Source: Candidatus Aenigmatarchaeota archaeon
GTDB taxonomy: Archaea > Aenigmatarchaeota > Aenigmatarchaeia > Aenigmatarchaeales > JACQIB01
DNA: 35,453 bases
Direction: 5' to 3'
Assembly (NCBI GenBank): GCA_043799675.1
Contig: JAZDNN010000026.1
Span: 1-35,453 of the forward strand
Part shown: one piece after another, positions 25,907-35,453 of the stretch
Layout: the number at the start of each line of letters is the position of its first letter
Position numbering within the stretch: the first letter of the stretch is position 1
Made by a program: the position numbers and the translations under genes
The notes under the pieces: generated by a model
What the model saw: only the letters and a program-made list of their open reading frames with translations
What the model was told of the DNA's origin: nothing
Databases searched by the model: none

Positions 25907-27047
25907 TGTTATACAATCGGCATTCGATAAGGCCTTCGGAAACGGAGGCACCCAAAACCGCTCCCCAGGCGTACAGGGAAGAATAGAGGACGCCGGCGCA
26001 GTCGACTGGGAGGCAAAGGCCTCCGAAGAATTCGACATCCAGCTGCACAAGGCCAAGATAATGGTCATAGGGTGCGGCGGTGGCGGCTCGAACACGGTCA
26101 CCAGGTTGACCGAGATGGGCGCGGCAGGTGCGGACATAATCGCACTGAACACCGATGCCAAGCACTTGAGCATCACCAAGGCGCACAAGAAGTGCCTGAT
26201 CGGAAAAGACACCACGCGTGGACTCGGAGCAGGCGGCTACCCGCAGGTCGGGGAAAAGTCAGCAACCGAGAACAGGACACAGATCAAGCAGCTCCTTGAA
26301 GGGGCGGACCTGGTGTTCGTCACTGCAGGCTTGGGTGGAGGAACCGGAACAGGTTCTGCACCGGTAGTGGCTGAGATAGCCAAGAGCCTCGGTGCGATAG
26401 TGGTGGGAGCCGTGACAATGCCGTTCAAGATGGAAGGCACCCGCATACAGAAGGCAGAAGACGGACTGAGCAAGCTCAGGCAGGTGACAGACACCGTAGT
26501 CGTCATCGAGAATCAGAAGCTGTTGGAATACGCCGGCAGCATGCCATTGGCACAAGCATTCGCTCTGGCCGATGAACTGATCTCGATGATGATCAAGGGT
26601 ATCACCGAGACAATAACCGTACCGTCGTTGGTCAACCTAGACTTCGCGGACGTAAGGACAATAATGAAAGTCGGCGGAGTCAGCGCGATATGCGTCGGTG
26701 AGAGCGACAGCCAGTCCAGAATGAAGGACGCGGTATTGAAGGCACTGAACCACCCGCTGCTCGAGGTCGACTACAATGGAGCACTCGGAGCATTGATACA
26801 CGTGACTTGCGGACCCGATGCGACCCTGGCCGAAATCAACGAAGCTGGAGAACTGATAAGCAGGAGACTCAGCTCCGAGGCACAGGTCATCTGGGGAGCA
26901 CGTGTTGTACCCGAATTCGCGGGAAAGGTGCAGGTAATAGCCATCATAACCGGAGTTAAGTCTCCCTACCTGCTCGGGCCTGTCGAAAGGGCAGAGGCAG
27001 CACGGGCAGTTGAGAACGAACTGGGAATCCCCGTAATCCTACGGTAG
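25899..27047 (+). CDS. ftsZ: Cell division protein FtsZ
   Basis: RBS GGAGG; GCGGGGSN, ALNTD, GLGAGG, tubulin signature GLGGGTGTG, T7 loop NLDFAD. Confidence 0.97.
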   Translation: MQSVIQSAFDKAFGNGGTQNRSPGVQGRIEDAGAVDWEAKASEEFDIQLHKAKIMVIGCGGGGSNTVTRLTEMGAAGADIIALNTDAKHLSITKAHKKCLIGKDTTRGLGAGGYPQVGEKSATENRTQIKQLLEGADLVFVTAGLGGGTGTGSAPVVAEIAKSLGAIVVGAVTMPFKMEGTRIQKAEDGLSKLRQVTDTVVVIENQKLLEYAGSMPLAQAFALADELISMMIKGITETITVPSLVNLDFADVRTIMKVGGVSAICVGESDSQSRMKDAVLKALNHPLLEVDYNGALGALIHVTCGPDATLAEINEAGELISRRLSSEAQVIWGARVVPEFAGKVQVIAIITGVKSPYLLGPVERAEAARAVENELGIPVILR

Positions 27048-27091
27048 GGAGGGGGCCCAGAAACTGTTCGACCACAAGACCTGTGGTCAGC

Positions 27092-27158
27092 GGGAGTACG
27101 GCAGACGGCTCAATGGTCATATGACCAAAATAAAAAATAGGAGCCCTGCCGTACTCCC
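27092..27158. repeat. Long inverted repeat / stem-loop downstream of ftsZ
   Basis: GGGAGTACGGCAG (27092-27104) pairs perfectly with CTGCCGTACTCCC (27146-27158); inner GGCTC/GAGCC and TGGTCA/TGACCA stems. Confidence 0.8.
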
Positions 27159-27308
27159 TTCAATCCTGCTCGGGAGATGTGTGAAATGGACAACAACGAC
27201 ATATGCAAGCGGGCGGACGGGACAATGATGCAACAACCGCCGTTCTTCCTGCTGCTGGGAAATCCGAAGCACAACTGAGCGGGCGCACGGGTCAGGGGTC
27301 CGGTCAAT

Positions 27309-27494
27309 ATGGCCAAACTAATGTGCCAGGTCTGCGGCGTATCGATAGCGCCGGCAAACCTCGGCTACATCAACACCGACGGCGGCATCGTAGCGGAGTG
27401 CAAGGGCTGCCACACCGCGCCAAGAAGGGTACCAAAAGACCCGATAAAGGCGTGGAGAGTCGGTCGTTCGATACCCTCGGTAGAGAGAATCTGA
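27309..27494 (+). CDS. Small zinc-finger protein
   Basis: CQVC...CKGC pair in 61 aa. Confidence 0.7.
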   Translation: MAKLMCQVCGVSIAPANLGYINTDGGIVAECKGCHTAPRRVPKDPIKAWRVGRSIPSVERI

Positions 27495-27538
27495 TTTTGT
27501 TTCGGGCCGGCGCGTTTTGCGCCGGCATACCTTATTTT

Positions 27539-27781
27539 TTATTCATCCGCTTTCTGGTATTCGCCGTAGGCATCGGCCGCTTTCTTGTCAAGCCTGTTCA
27601 ACTGTTCGAGGACCATCCGCCTTATCTCGTCCGTGCTCATCCCCTCGAACGCATTCTTCTCGACAAGTGCCGCTATCTTTCTGGCAATGGCCGCGCTTGC
27701 GCCCGCTTTCCTGACAGATTTCTCTATCTTTGCCGCCTTGAACGGTTCCGTGTTGCCGTCACGCTTAGTGACTTTCACCAT
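27539..27781 (-). CDS. Stand-alone ATP-cone domain protein
   Basis: VTKRDGNTEPF..KI...; STDEI...V...L....A..Y signature. Confidence 0.9.
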   Translation of the reverse strand: MVKVTKRDGNTEPFKAAKIEKSVRKAGASAAIARKIAALVEKNAFEGMSTDEIRRMVLEQLNRLDKKAADAYGEYQKADE

Positions 27782-27828
27782 GAATAGGAATCGACGGGCC
27801 CGTTATTAAAACCAGTATGGACAGGCTT

Positions 27829-28476
27829 TCAGTGCCCGTGGCCCCATGCCTCGTGGGCGCGGGGCGTTTCGCCGAAAGTGTCCTCGTGCAGTATGTCCTT
27901 CAAATCGTGGCGGAATTTCCTCTCCGGCGGTTCGGCAGGCCAGCCTAGAGCGATGATTACCTGCGGGCGGATCCATACAGGGGAGCGGATTATGCCGGTG
28001 ACCTTGCTCTCGTCGAAGGCGCTGACCCACCCGGCAGCAAGACCCAGGGCGTTTGCGGCAAGCACAAGGTTCTGAGCCGCCGCGGCAACGTCCTGTACCG
28101 CATACAGCTTGGTTCCGCGGTCGACGTTCCTTCCGGCGCCGGCCAGCTTGTCGTTGGCGCAGATTATTATCAGTACGGGGGCGCAGGCCATCCAGTCATG
28201 CGCTTCGGTGGTTTCGGCGAGCCTGCAGCGGAGGTCCGAATCCCGCACCACCACGAACTCCCACGGCTGGCGGCCGTCCGTGCTGTGGGCCGAGGTCGCG
28301 GCGGCAATCACCCTATTCACATAATTATTACCGACATCCCTCTTCAGGAAACGTCGTACCTGCCCCCAGCTTTCCATGTTCTCCCAAACGACATCAAAAA
28401 CGGTGGTCTTCCCGCGGGCCGGAAGGTGGACATTCTTCTTCTTGTCCCCCTGCAACAGCATCTTCAATCTCCTCAT
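27829..28476 (-). CDS. Nitroreductase family protein
   Basis: VRRF, QPWEFVVVRD, APVLIII, AAAQNLVLAANALGL..GWV, IALGWP. Start uncertain. Confidence 0.9.
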   Translation of the reverse strand: MRRLKMLLQGDKKKNVHLPARGKTTVFDVVWENMESWGQVRRFLKRDVGNNYVNRVIAAATSAHSTDGRQPWEFVVVRDSDLRCRLAETTEAHDWMACAPVLIIICANDKLAGAGRNVDRGTKLYAVQDVAAAAQNLVLAANALGLAAGWVSAFDESKVTGIIRSPVWIRPQVIIALGWPAEPPERKFRHDLKDILHEDTFGETPRAHEAWGHGH

Positions 28477-28534
28477 ATCCGGGATTGTACGGGATGATTA
28501 TTAAGCCTTTATTTAGGCGGGGGGAATTCTGGAT

Positions 28535-30235
28535 ATGCGCTACTCGGAGCTTGCGGACATCTACGAAGAACTGGAAAACGAGAGCGGGAAGATAGCCAAG
28601 ACCGAGGTGATAGCCAAGCTGCTGAAACAGGCCCAACCTGAGATACTGCCGAAGCTGGTCATGCTGCTGATCGGAAGGGTCCAGCCCATCTGGGGTGCGG
28701 CAGAGCTCGGAATGGCCGACCGGATGGTTATCAGGGCAATAGCAAAGGCCTCGGGGGAAAGCGAGGAAAAGGTGGCCAAGAAATACGGAAGCACGGGCGA
28801 CCTCGGGCTGACAGCCGAGGAACTGGTAAAAAACAGGAAGCAACGCTCCCTTGCAAGCAGGCACCTGACGGTGGAGGACGTGTTCTCAAAGCTGCAGAAG
28901 GTCGCGGAACAGACGGGCCCCGGCTCCCAGGAACGCAAGACGGGGATAGTGGTCGAGCTGCTGTCGCAGGCCGGCCCGAAGGAAGCGCGGTACATAATCA
29001 GGACGGTGCTCGAACAGCTGAGGGTGGGGGTGGCAGAAGGGCTGCTGCGCGACGCGATAGCGCTGGCGTTCGGGATGGAACCCGACATAGTGGAGGCCGC
29101 ATGGTTCGTCAGGCCGGACTACGGAGAGATAGCGGAGATAGCCAGGAAGAAAGGGGAGAACGCCCTTAGAAAGATGGAACCGGAAATTGGCGTGCCGCTG
29201 ATGGTGCAACTGGCCGAGAAGGCACCGGACCTGAAGACCGCATTGGAGAGTTTCAAGCGCGTGGTATGCGAGTACAAGTACGACGGGGCAAGGCTGGTCA
29301 TACACAAGGGCGGCGAGAAAGTCCGGATTTTCACGCGCAGGCTCGAGGACGTCACCGCGGCGTTCCCGGACGTGCTTGAAGCGGTGAAGAAAGCGATATC
29401 GGCCGCGGAATTCATAGTCGAAGGGGAGGCACTGGCAATCGATGCGAAGACGGGCAAGCCGCAGCCGTTCCAGATGCTCAGCCAGAGGATCAAGCGGAAG
29501 CACGGAATAAAGGAAGCGATAAAGGATGTCCCTGTGGAGCTGCATCTGTTCGACATCCTTTACCTGAATGGCAAGACCATGTTTGACAAGAACCTCGAGG
29601 AAAGGTTCGAAATCCTGAAAAAAACGGTGAAGGTCCTGCCCGGAAGGGTGGAGCTCGCGCGCAGGCTGATAACCACGGACCTGAAGCAGGCAGAAGAATT
29701 CTACAAGAAGGCGCTGGCGGACGGGCAGGAGGGCCTGATGATCAAGGACCTTGACGCCCATTATACTCCCGGCCGGAAGGTCGCCGGCGGCTGGCTGAAG
29801 GTCAAGCCCATCCTTGAGACGCTTGACCTGGCAATCGTCGGGGCGGTCCACGGGACGGGCAAAAGGGCGGGATGGTTGGGCAGTTACATTCTGGGTGTGC
29901 GGGACCCCGAAACCGGCAAGTTCCTTGAATGCGGGATGCTGGGAACGGGTGTGAAGGAGAAAAAAACCGAAGGCGGAGTCACACTTGACGAGCTCACCAA
30001 GCTGCTCAAGCCGGACATAATCGGCACGGAGGGAAACCAGGTAAAGGTACGACCAAAAGTGATAATCGAAGTGGCTTATGAAGAGATACAGAAGAGCCCG
30101 ACCTATTCGAGCGGCTATGCTCTTCGATTCCCGCGGTTCATCAGGCTCCGGATAGACAAGGCGCCCGAAGAGGCGGATGACCTGAACCGCATGAAGGCGA
30201 TATACGGGATGCAGAAGGGCAAGAAAACGAAATGA
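28535..30235 (+). CDS. lig: ATP-dependent DNA ligase
   Basis: EYKYDGAR (motif I), VEGE, LFDILY, EGLMIK, WLKVK, ALRFPRF; N-terminal DNA-binding domain. Confidence 0.97.
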   Translation: MRYSELADIYEELENESGKIAKTEVIAKLLKQAQPEILPKLVMLLIGRVQPIWGAAELGMADRMVIRAIAKASGESEEKVAKKYGSTGDLGLTAEELVKNRKQRSLASRHLTVEDVFSKLQKVAEQTGPGSQERKTGIVVELLSQAGPKEARYIIRTVLEQLRVGVAEGLLRDAIALAFGMEPDIVEAAWFVRPDYGEIAEIARKKGENALRKMEPEIGVPLMVQLAEKAPDLKTALESFKRVVCEYKYDGARLVIHKGGEKVRIFTRRLEDVTAAFPDVLEAVKKAISAAEFIVEGEALAIDAKTGKPQPFQMLSQRIKRKHGIKEAIKDVPVELHLFDILYLNGKTMFDKNLEERFEILKKTVKVLPGRVELARRLITTDLKQAEEFYKKALADGQEGLMIKDLDAHYTPGRKVAGGWLKVKPILETLDLAIVGAVHGTGKRAGWLGSYILGVRDPETGKFLECGMLGTGVKEKKTEGGVTLDELTKLLKPDIIGTEGNQVKVRPKVIIEVAYEEIQKSPTYSSGYALRFPRFIRLRIDKAPEEADDLNRMKAIYGMQKGKKTK

Positions 30236-30300
30236 AGAAACAGCAATTGCCGATGCGATACTGCGACCTTTTAAGCATTTCGGGACTTTAACACTTTCTT

Positions 30301-30783
30301 ATGGCGGCAATTGAAGGACCGGACTGTTTTGACGGGGTCATAAAGTTCGTGCACGCGCGCGTCAAGGACTGGCCGACAAGGTTCACGCCGAAGGTCTTTT
30401 CGGATGCCCTGATGTACACGATAGGCATGAAGAAGGTTGACAGGGAAGGCGCCGATAAACTGGCGCATTACATAATCGACATGCTCACGGAGGACGGCAC
30501 CATACTCGACAATTCGCTGGAACCGGAAGAAAGGAGCACCTTCCACGACCTTGAGGACGCAGGGCTGATGGGCACACAACGCTACGAAACGGCGCTCATG
30601 AACGGAAGATACTGGCGCGTGCACCAATGGTATCCACGGATAGATAACATACTGAAGTACGCGAAAGCGTACAATGAGGCAAGGAAACCGACGAAGACCG
30701 CCAAAGACATGACAAACATCGAATATGTCGCATCGCTGGACGAGATATGGCAGAAGCATGCGGAATCCGAAACAGTCGCTTAA
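30301..30783 (+). CDS. Conserved archaeal hypothetical protein (DUF6015-like), paralog 1
   Basis: ILDNSLEPEERSTFHDLEDAGL...ETALMNGRYWRVHQW; family name recalled, not searched. Confidence 0.65.
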   Translation: MAAIEGPDCFDGVIKFVHARVKDWPTRFTPKVFSDALMYTIGMKKVDREGADKLAHYIIDMLTEDGTILDNSLEPEERSTFHDLEDAGLMGTQRYETALMNGRYWRVHQWYPRIDNILKYAKAYNEARKPTKTAKDMTNIEYVASLDEIWQKHAESETVA

Positions 30784-30838
30784 AGGTGAAACATCGTCTG
30801 CATCGACATTTAATAGCTTGAATTCTCAGTGAGCATCC

Positions 30839-31345
30839 ATGGAAGCCGACCTCAGCAATGCGGAACTGAACGCGTACGTGCCGCAGCTTGAGGACGTCAG
30901 GGACATGCTGTGCTATATGGTAGTGTCCAGGGACCCGAAACTGAAAAAGACCAAGGAATTCGAAAACGGAATGCGCGACGTCGCATGGTATTTTCTCAAC
31001 TTCTTTGACTGTAACGGTATGCTCCTTGATAACACGCTGAGTAGCGACGACAGGGTCGACCTGAGCCTGTACGACCTCAAGGAAGAAAAATTGCTCGATA
31101 TTGAAAAGGACGAGGTCTGGGTGAAGAACAGCTACGGGAGCAAATTGTGGAATATCCGGCATTGGGTCATAAACAAAACGAACATCATCAGGCTTGCCAA
31201 AAGGTACAGGGAGGAAAGGAATGCTCCGCCCGCGAAAAGTGTGCCGTCCGAAAAAGTCGACGAGATGAAGGAACTGTACGGCAACGTCCCGGAAGACGTG
31301 TGGTCGTCCCGAAGCTACCAGAAAACGGACAGGGCAGGAACCTGA
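30839..31345 (+). CDS. Conserved archaeal hypothetical protein (DUF6015-like), paralog 2
   Basis: LNFF...LLDNTLSSDDR...LYDLKEEKLL...WNIRHW..NI..A..Y aligns with paralog 1. Confidence 0.65.
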   Translation: MEADLSNAELNAYVPQLEDVRDMLCYMVVSRDPKLKKTKEFENGMRDVAWYFLNFFDCNGMLLDNTLSSDDRVDLSLYDLKEEKLLDIEKDEVWVKNSYGSKLWNIRHWVINKTNIIRLAKRYREERNAPPAKSVPSEKVDEMKELYGNVPEDVWSSRSYQKTDRAGT

Positions 31346-31374
31346 CTTATTAATTCCGAGGACGAAGCAATCCC

Positions 31375-32037
31375 ATGCCGACCATTCTGGGCATAGACGA
31401 GGCCGGGAGAGGGAGCGTGATAGGGCCGCTTGTCGTAGCCGGAGTGATGGTGGACGATAACGGGGAGGAAGAGCTCAAGCGGATAGGTGTGAAGGACAGC
31501 AAACTGCTGACTCCCGCCCAGCGCGAGAGGATGTACCCGCTCATCAAGGGAGTGGCAAAGGACGTGGCCGTGATGCGGGTATCGGCCAAAGAAATCGATG
31601 AAATGCGGAAGAGAAAGAACCTAAACATCATAGAAGCCGAGAAGATGGCTGCAATAATCAGGCTGCTCAAGGCGGATACCGCTTACGTGGACGCACCGCA
31701 GGTCAGCACCCACAAGTTCAGGGACGTTTTGCTCCAGATGGCCAAGAACCACACCAAAATAGTGGCCGAGAACTATGCGGACAAGAAGTTCCCCGCCTGC
31801 AGCGCGGCCAGCATAATCGCCAAGGTGGAGAGGGACAGGGACGTGGAGGAAATCAAGAAGATTGTCGGATTCGATTTCGGGGTGGGGTATTCCCATGACT
31901 CAAGGAGCATCCAGTTCGTGAAAGACTCGCTCAGGAAAAACACGAACCTTGAATGGATAAGACACAGCTGGGTCACGGTGCTTGAGCTCAAGGGAAAGCA
32001 GAAGCAGAAGGCGCTGAAGGAATTCCAGGAAGACTAG
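31375..32037 (+). CDS. rnhB: Ribonuclease HII
   Basis: GIDEAGRG, VKDSKLL, VDA, SAASIIAKV, R.SW; C-terminal PIP-box-like QKALKEF. Confidence 0.97.
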   Translation: MPTILGIDEAGRGSVIGPLVVAGVMVDDNGEEELKRIGVKDSKLLTPAQRERMYPLIKGVAKDVAVMRVSAKEIDEMRKRKNLNIIEAEKMAAIIRLLKADTAYVDAPQVSTHKFRDVLLQMAKNHTKIVAENYADKKFPACSAASIIAKVERDRDVEEIKKIVGFDFGVGYSHDSRSIQFVKDSLRKNTNLEWIRHSWVTVLELKGKQKQKALKEFQED

Positions 32038-34808
32038 GCTGACACGTTTGCCTGCTGCGCATTGCCGCTTGACGCAAATAAGTTCTTTATTTTCTTGCCG
32101 TACCTCTTCAGGCGGTAGTTTATTTTTATTCCGTATACCCTCATCTCATCCTCGTAAAAGTACCAAACGATGCCGCCAACCACCACGATCAGGATAATCC
32201 AGGTCAACGGGCTGCCTATGGCAGCGATGAACGCTCCGGTTATTCCTCCCGGAGTGGTCTGGTTTCCGGTGCTGTTGGTCTGATTGCCCGGCGGCTGCGG
32301 CACGGTGATGCGCATGGTCGACATCCACATATCGCTTGCCTTCTGGTCGTCGGAAACGGTGATCGTAATGCTCTTGGAACCTGCCGGCTCCGTTGAGGGC
32401 ACCAGCACGGTGACTGCAAAGTTCGCACTCCCGCCCGGCGCTATCAACGCCACCTTCTGGCCGAAAATGAACCATGATACCGGGACACCCGAAACGGTCA
32501 GACCGACGTTGGTGAGGTTGGTGTTTCCTGTATTCTTCACGCTGAACTGGAACACCGCCGCCTTGCCGTAAACCACATCCATCCTGGACGGGCCGCTGGT
32601 TATCTCGATCCCGTACACGTTGTTGTTTCCACCGCCCCCGCCGCCTCCGCCCCCGCCGCCTCCGCCGCCACCGCCTCCGCCCCCGCCGCCTCCGCCGGGC
32701 GTCTCCGGCAACGGGTCTATTGTTATCGTAACAGGCACGGTGGCGTTAAGGTCTACCGCCACGGTGACTCCGCGCGTACCGGAATTGCCGGTGGTATCGA
32801 ACGCCTCCACAATCAACCTGTAGGTTCCGGTAACGCCGGGTATCATGTAATCGAATGACCAGGAAAAGTTCCCGTCAAAATTCATCAATGCGCCGTCCAT
32901 CGTGACATTCTTTACGGCGACATTATCCTTGACAACCGCGGTAAAAGTGACCATGTCTCCCGGGTTCGGGGTGCTGTTGCTGACGTCCAACGGGTCAATG
33001 ACCGGTGCAACCGTGTCAAGCACAACGAAGTTCCTGCTGACCGTCGCGTTCAATCCTATCAGGTCGTATGCGGCCACGATGACGGAATGCGGGCCCTGCG
33101 TAAGGCCGGATATCGTGTAGGACCATTTGTCAAGCGAAGAATCGTAAACGAGATTGAATGTGCTTTTGCCGTCCACGGTCGCGGTCACGCTTCCCAATTT
33201 CTCATTTGAGGTCGCTTCCACCAGGACGTCATCCTTGAACACCTGACCCTCCACGGGGCTGGCCACGCTTATCACAGGTGCACGAGTGTCCAAGACAATT
33301 ACATAGCCCGTGGTGCTTGCTGAAGTATAGTTCTGATTACCGGCAAAAGAGGCAACAACGGCATGCGGCGTGTTCAATGCAACTGAAGCGGTGCTGTAGT
33401 TGTAGGGATTGCTGATGCTTCCGTCATCCAATGTCAGCCGAACGGTCCCAATCAAACTCGAACCTGCAGAAATGCCTATCGTATCGCCGGCCTCAAACGT
33501 CCTGTTCTGCTTGTCCGTAATCAAAACATTGTTCAGGAGCAGTGACAGCATGCCCGCATCAGGCACCGCACGGTTGATAGTGAAACTGAACGTACCCGAC
33601 GTTCCGATGTTCCCCGCCACATCCTTTCCGGTCCAGACGTAAGAATATTTTCCGGCAGGAAGACCCTTCACGCCTGCGCTGTAAGTGTCGCTCGCACCGA
33701 CCTGGGACGCAATGTAAGGCGTGCCGTTGAAAACTAGCCTGACCTCGTTCCTGTCGATTCCAGAGAGCGCATCGGTCCAGTTGAGCTCGAACGTGTAGGT
33801 CGCACCGGGGCTGTAAGTCGACGCATCGGGCGGGCTTCCGGGGGATATCGGTGCAACGGTGTCAATCCATACATTGAACGTCTGTTCGTTGCCCCAGTTA
33901 CCGGCCTTGTCCAATGCCTTCACATGGAAGACGTGCTTGCCGTCGGCAATGGCAGCCGTATATTGGTAGAATTTGCCGTTTGTGTCAACGGTATTGTCCG
34001 CGTTAGCATCCAGTGCAAAACTATAACCGTCAATTCCCGACAACACATCGTTGAACGTCCAGGTGAAGTACGGGGTGTTGTCATTCTGCCATGAATTATT
34101 GACTATAACGCTCCCGTTCGCCTGCGTGTACGCGTTGATTGAAACGCCCGAAGGGGCCGTCTTATCGATTCTTATCACGGAGCTGTGGCGGACCGCCTCG
34201 GAATTCTCGGCATAATCGGTCGCGTAAAAATGCACATAATTCGTCGCGGATTCCGTCGAAACGGTGACAATGTTGGTTCTGGTCACGGGCTTCGTGTTGG
34301 CATTCATGTCGGTATCAGCATAAATGAACTCAACTTTGGAACCGCTGTCGGTTGATGTCACGGTCGCAATAACGTCGGAGTTGTACCATCCGTTTGCGTT
34401 CGGACCGGAGGGGCTGAAGGAAACGGAAGACGAGGGCGCGGTGCTGTCCGGGGTAAGCAGAATCGTTGTTGAACCGTCCTGGTTTTTAACGTAAACGGGC
34501 TCCTTGTTCTTATCAAATACGGGGACATATCCCTTGGCACGCACAATCAGGTAATAATTACCCGTCGTTAGACCGCCAAACGTGCCGCTGTTGAGGTTAT
34601 CTTTGGTATGGTTGGCTATCAGCTGACCCGTGGAATCGTAAAGTGTGACGTACCTGATGTCTGAGTTCTTTACGAAGTCTTCACTCTTGCCGTTGGCATC
34701 AGCATACTCGTATTTGATATTGACGGACAGATTGTAACCTATTGCGAATACCGGTATCGCGGCCAGAATAATGCCGACGGTAACGATAGCGATTACCGAT
34801 TTCATCAT
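32034..34808 (-). CDS. Cell-surface protein: signal peptide, Ig-like repeats, poly-Gly linker, CARDB/NEW3-like domain, C-terminal TM
   Basis: N-terminal hydrophobic signal; repeated D.TAP...D.AGN modules; VKNTGNTNL; GITGAF followed by WIILIVVVGGIVWY and a basic tail. Confidence 0.88.
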   Translation of the reverse strand: MMKSVIAIVTVGIILAAIPVFAIGYNLSVNIKYEYADANGKSEDFVKNSDIRYVTLYDSTGQLIANHTKDNLNSGTFGGLTTGNYYLIVRAKGYVPVFDKNKEPVYVKNQDGSTTILLTPDSTAPSSSVSFSPSGPNANGWYNSDVIATVTSTDSGSKVEFIYADTDMNANTKPVTRTNIVTVSTESATNYVHFYATDYAENSEAVRHSSVIRIDKTAPSGVSINAYTQANGSVIVNNSWQNDNTPYFTWTFNDVLSGIDGYSFALDANADNTVDTNGKFYQYTAAIADGKHVFHVKALDKAGNWGNEQTFNVWIDTVAPISPGSPPDASTYSPGATYTFELNWTDALSGIDRNEVRLVFNGTPYIASQVGASDTYSAGVKGLPAGKYSYVWTGKDVAGNIGTSGTFSFTINRAVPDAGMLSLLLNNVLITDKQNRTFEAGDTIGISAGSSLIGTVRLTLDDGSISNPYNYSTASVALNTPHAVVASFAGNQNYTSASTTGYVIVLDTRAPVISVASPVEGQVFKDDVLVEATSNEKLGSVTATVDGKSTFNLVYDSSLDKWSYTISGLTQGPHSVIVAAYDLIGLNATVSRNFVVLDTVAPVIDPLDVSNSTPNPGDMVTFTAVVKDNVAVKNVTMDGALMNFDGNFSWSFDYMIPGVTGTYRLIVEAFDTTGNSGTRGVTVAVDLNATVPVTITIDPLPETPGGGGGGGGGGGGGGGGGGGGGGGNNNVYGIEITSGPSRMDVVYGKAAVFQFSVKNTGNTNLTNVGLTVSGVPVSWFIFGQKVALIAPGGSANFAVTVLVPSTEPAGSKSITITVSDDQKASDMWMSTMRITVPQPPGNQTNSTGNQTTPGGITGAFIAAIGSPLTWIILIVVVGGIVWYFYEDEMRVYGIKINYRLKRYGKKIKNLFASSGNAQQANVSA
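32628..32696 (-). repeat. Poly-glycine tract (23 GGN codons)
   Basis: Mixed GGC/GGA/GGG/GGT codons in frame with the surface protein. Confidence 0.95.
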
Positions 34809-34820
34809 TAAGCATTCCTC

Positions 34821-35453
34821 CTATTGAAAGGAGCTCTTCACGTTCTGCCATTCGGCTTCCGTAAGTTCGTAATAATCCTTAACGGTCAGCCTGTCGCCGG
34901 ACTGCACGTAGCTGACCAACACGGCGCTACTGTCGCCAACATTAAAGGCGTCCTGTATGTCCACACGGACGACTCCTTTCTTATCAAAAATGTCAGCTAT
35001 GTCCTTTGCACCGCTCACATTCATGTTCCTGAACTTCTGCTTGACATTCGCATCAGTCCAATTCAACGCGAAACCGGTGAGGTTCTCCTCGGTCTGCGCC
35101 TCGCGCTCCTTAAACATGAAAACGCCGGTGCTTTCGTTGTATGCCGCGTGGAACGCGTCAACATCGAACGGTTTCTGGTTTATTCCCTTGCTATGCTCCA
35201 GCTCTTCCACATAACCGTACAAATCCTGTTCATCCGAGACGTTGTACTTGGCAAACACCCTGCCGAGGGTCGCCTGATCGATCTTGAGACCGTCTATCAT
35301 CATGCCGAGGGCGTCAAGACCGTCCACCTCATATTTGGCCAGGAAGTCCCGCTCCTCCTTGACTATGCCTTCCAGACCTGTAACATAATCAATCAGGGTG
35401 CTCTCGTTCACGACACCGTGATCACCGTACTTGGATATTATCTCGGTGAACCT
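34821..35453 (-). CDS. Acidic hypothetical protein, 5'-truncated by window edge
   Basis: The frame stays open to position 35453; GAGGA RBS for the next gene follows its stop. Confidence 0.75.
   Translation of the reverse strand, partial: RFTEIISKYGDHGVVNESTLIDYVTGLEGIVKEERDFLAKYEVDGLDALGMMIDGLKIDQATLGRVFAKYNVSDEQDLYGYVEELEHSKGINQKPFDVDAFHAAYNESTGVFMFKEREAQTEENLTGFALNWTDANVKQKFRNMNVSGAKDIADIFDKKGVVRVDIQDAFNVGDSSAVLVSYVQSGDRLTVKDYYELTEAEWQNVKSSFQ

Noticed and set aside
27203..27787. 194 aa plus-strand ORF after ftsZ
   Set aside because: Overlaps the zinc-finger and ATP-cone genes and has no coherent composition.
32620..32823. Poly-proline ORF on the plus strand
   Set aside because: Antisense shadow of the poly-Gly tract.

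Overview
Archaeal chromosomal segment, most likely from a DPANN-type lineage. That placement is inference from the archaeal asnS, lig, rnhB (PIP box) and ftsZ, BHB-intron tRNAs, GGAGG/GGTGA ribosome-binding sites and a 'ITG+TM'-anchored surface protein. Housekeeping genes flank an accessory block at about 5.1-24.5 kb. The block holds an MBL hydrolase, a nucleotidyltransferase/TPR-like protein, two tandem ~1,330-1,360 aa paralogous membrane-anchored beta-propeller/cadherin-like proteins, and a divergently transcribed 9-gene cluster (17520-24463). The cluster looks like a non-canonical ESCRT-type membrane-remodelling system: SPFH-like protein, helical-bundle plus REase-like protein, two ESCRT-III/CdvB-like helical proteins, MIT-AAA (Vps4/CdvC-like), a MIT-CAP fusion and a degenerate MIT-less AAA copy. 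ftsZ lies about 1.4 kb further on. Other highlights: tRNA-Asn with two non-canonical introns (39/40 and 59/60); two back-to-back structured RNA regions upstream of ftsZ (a minus-strand array of CGCCAA-loop hairpins, and a plus-strand leader with a four-way junction, a canonical K-turn and repeated hairpins); and a PurF lacking its catalytic Cys1. All family calls come from motif recognition by eye; no searches were run.
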